Source: the human T2T-CHM13v2.0 reference genome, Homo sapiens
Reading direction: 5' to 3' (one strand)
Assembly (NCBI RefSeq): GCF_009914755.1
Contig: NC_060947.1
Length of the DNA stretch: 64,000 nucleotides
Every line of letters begins with the position of its first letter. Position 1 is the stretch's first letter. The translations under genes were made by a program, and so were the position numbers. Shown here one piece after another: positions 63,282 through 64,000 of this stretch. The notes beneath the pieces are model-generated. The model worked only from the letters and a program-made list of their open reading frames with translations, searched no databases and was not told the origin of the DNA.

Positions 63282-63790
63282 CAGATGACTTCTTATTACT
63301 TGTTACCATCTTTTTCTTTCAGAAATAACTCCCTTTAGCATTTCTTGTAGGACAATTCTGGTGTTGAAATCCCTCAGCTTTTGTTTGTCTTGGAATATCT
63401 TTATTTATATTTTTATGTTTGAAGTATACTTTTGCTAGATATACTATTCTAGGATAAAAGTTTTTTTTTTCCTTCAGCATTTTAAACATGCCATGCCACT
63501 CTCTCCTGGCCTGTAAAGTTTCCACTATGATGTCTGTTGGCAGACATATCCTTCCTTGATATGATGTTAAAAGCAGGTACTGTGATCACTCACCTGTTTT
63601 TTTGTTCTTATGGAAGTGCTTTCTTGTGCAGATGGTTGTTAATTTTTTTGTCCCTATGGGAGAGACAATGACTGGAAGTTTCTGTTTATCCATCTTGCTC
63701 TTTCTGTACTCTTTGTCATAACATTTTGACATAAGGATGTTTAAGTATTGTTCCATGAAAGGGCCATGTATATGTAAAGCAACCACCAAA

Positions 63791-64000
63791 TGAAGAAGAA
63801 TCTGATAAATTAAAGGAGGAGGCAGACAAGTCAAACTTAGTATTATAGGGTGGTTTTATTGGGAAACTTATGGACAGAAGTGTGGTCTTGGGTGGCCACA
63901 AAACAGGCAGATTTCCACACCATCACTCCCCAGACTCAGAGACTATATACCATAGGGGAGGGTAATATATGCTTCAGATAGAATTGGTAGGAATTTGTCC
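63791..64000 (-). mobile_element. Probable ERV LTR, cut by window edge
   Basis: Reverse-strand TATA (ctatatac) and AATAAA (ttttatt near 63855) in LTR-like order; family not identified. Confidence 0.45.

Overview
Human-like (primate; contains a consensus-perfect AluYa5) genomic DNA, about three quarters interspersed repeat. No intact protein-coding gene, RNA gene or CRISPR array is supported. The only gene-derived sequence is a full-length, intronless, disabled HSPA8 (Hsc70) processed pseudogene on the - strand (28688-30943), retrotransposed into an older L1 with a recognisable target-site duplication. The rest is a stack of L1 elements (nearly all on the - strand), about 20 Alus, solo LTRs (LTR22-like, ERV1-type, THE1, MST, MLT), L2/MIR/MER5 relics, microsatellites and a 29-bp VNTR of about 20 units. 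The best observations are mechanistic: an L1 3' transduction, an AluYa5 arm inserted into an older Alu, a probably polymorphic AluYa5, a polarised VNTR, internally deleted L1s and Alus, a perfect hairpin, and two speculative + strand exons. I found nothing that supports a new biological system. Repeat subfamily names are from memory of consensus sequences and need RepeatMasker/Dfam confirmation; boundaries without a TSD are approximate.
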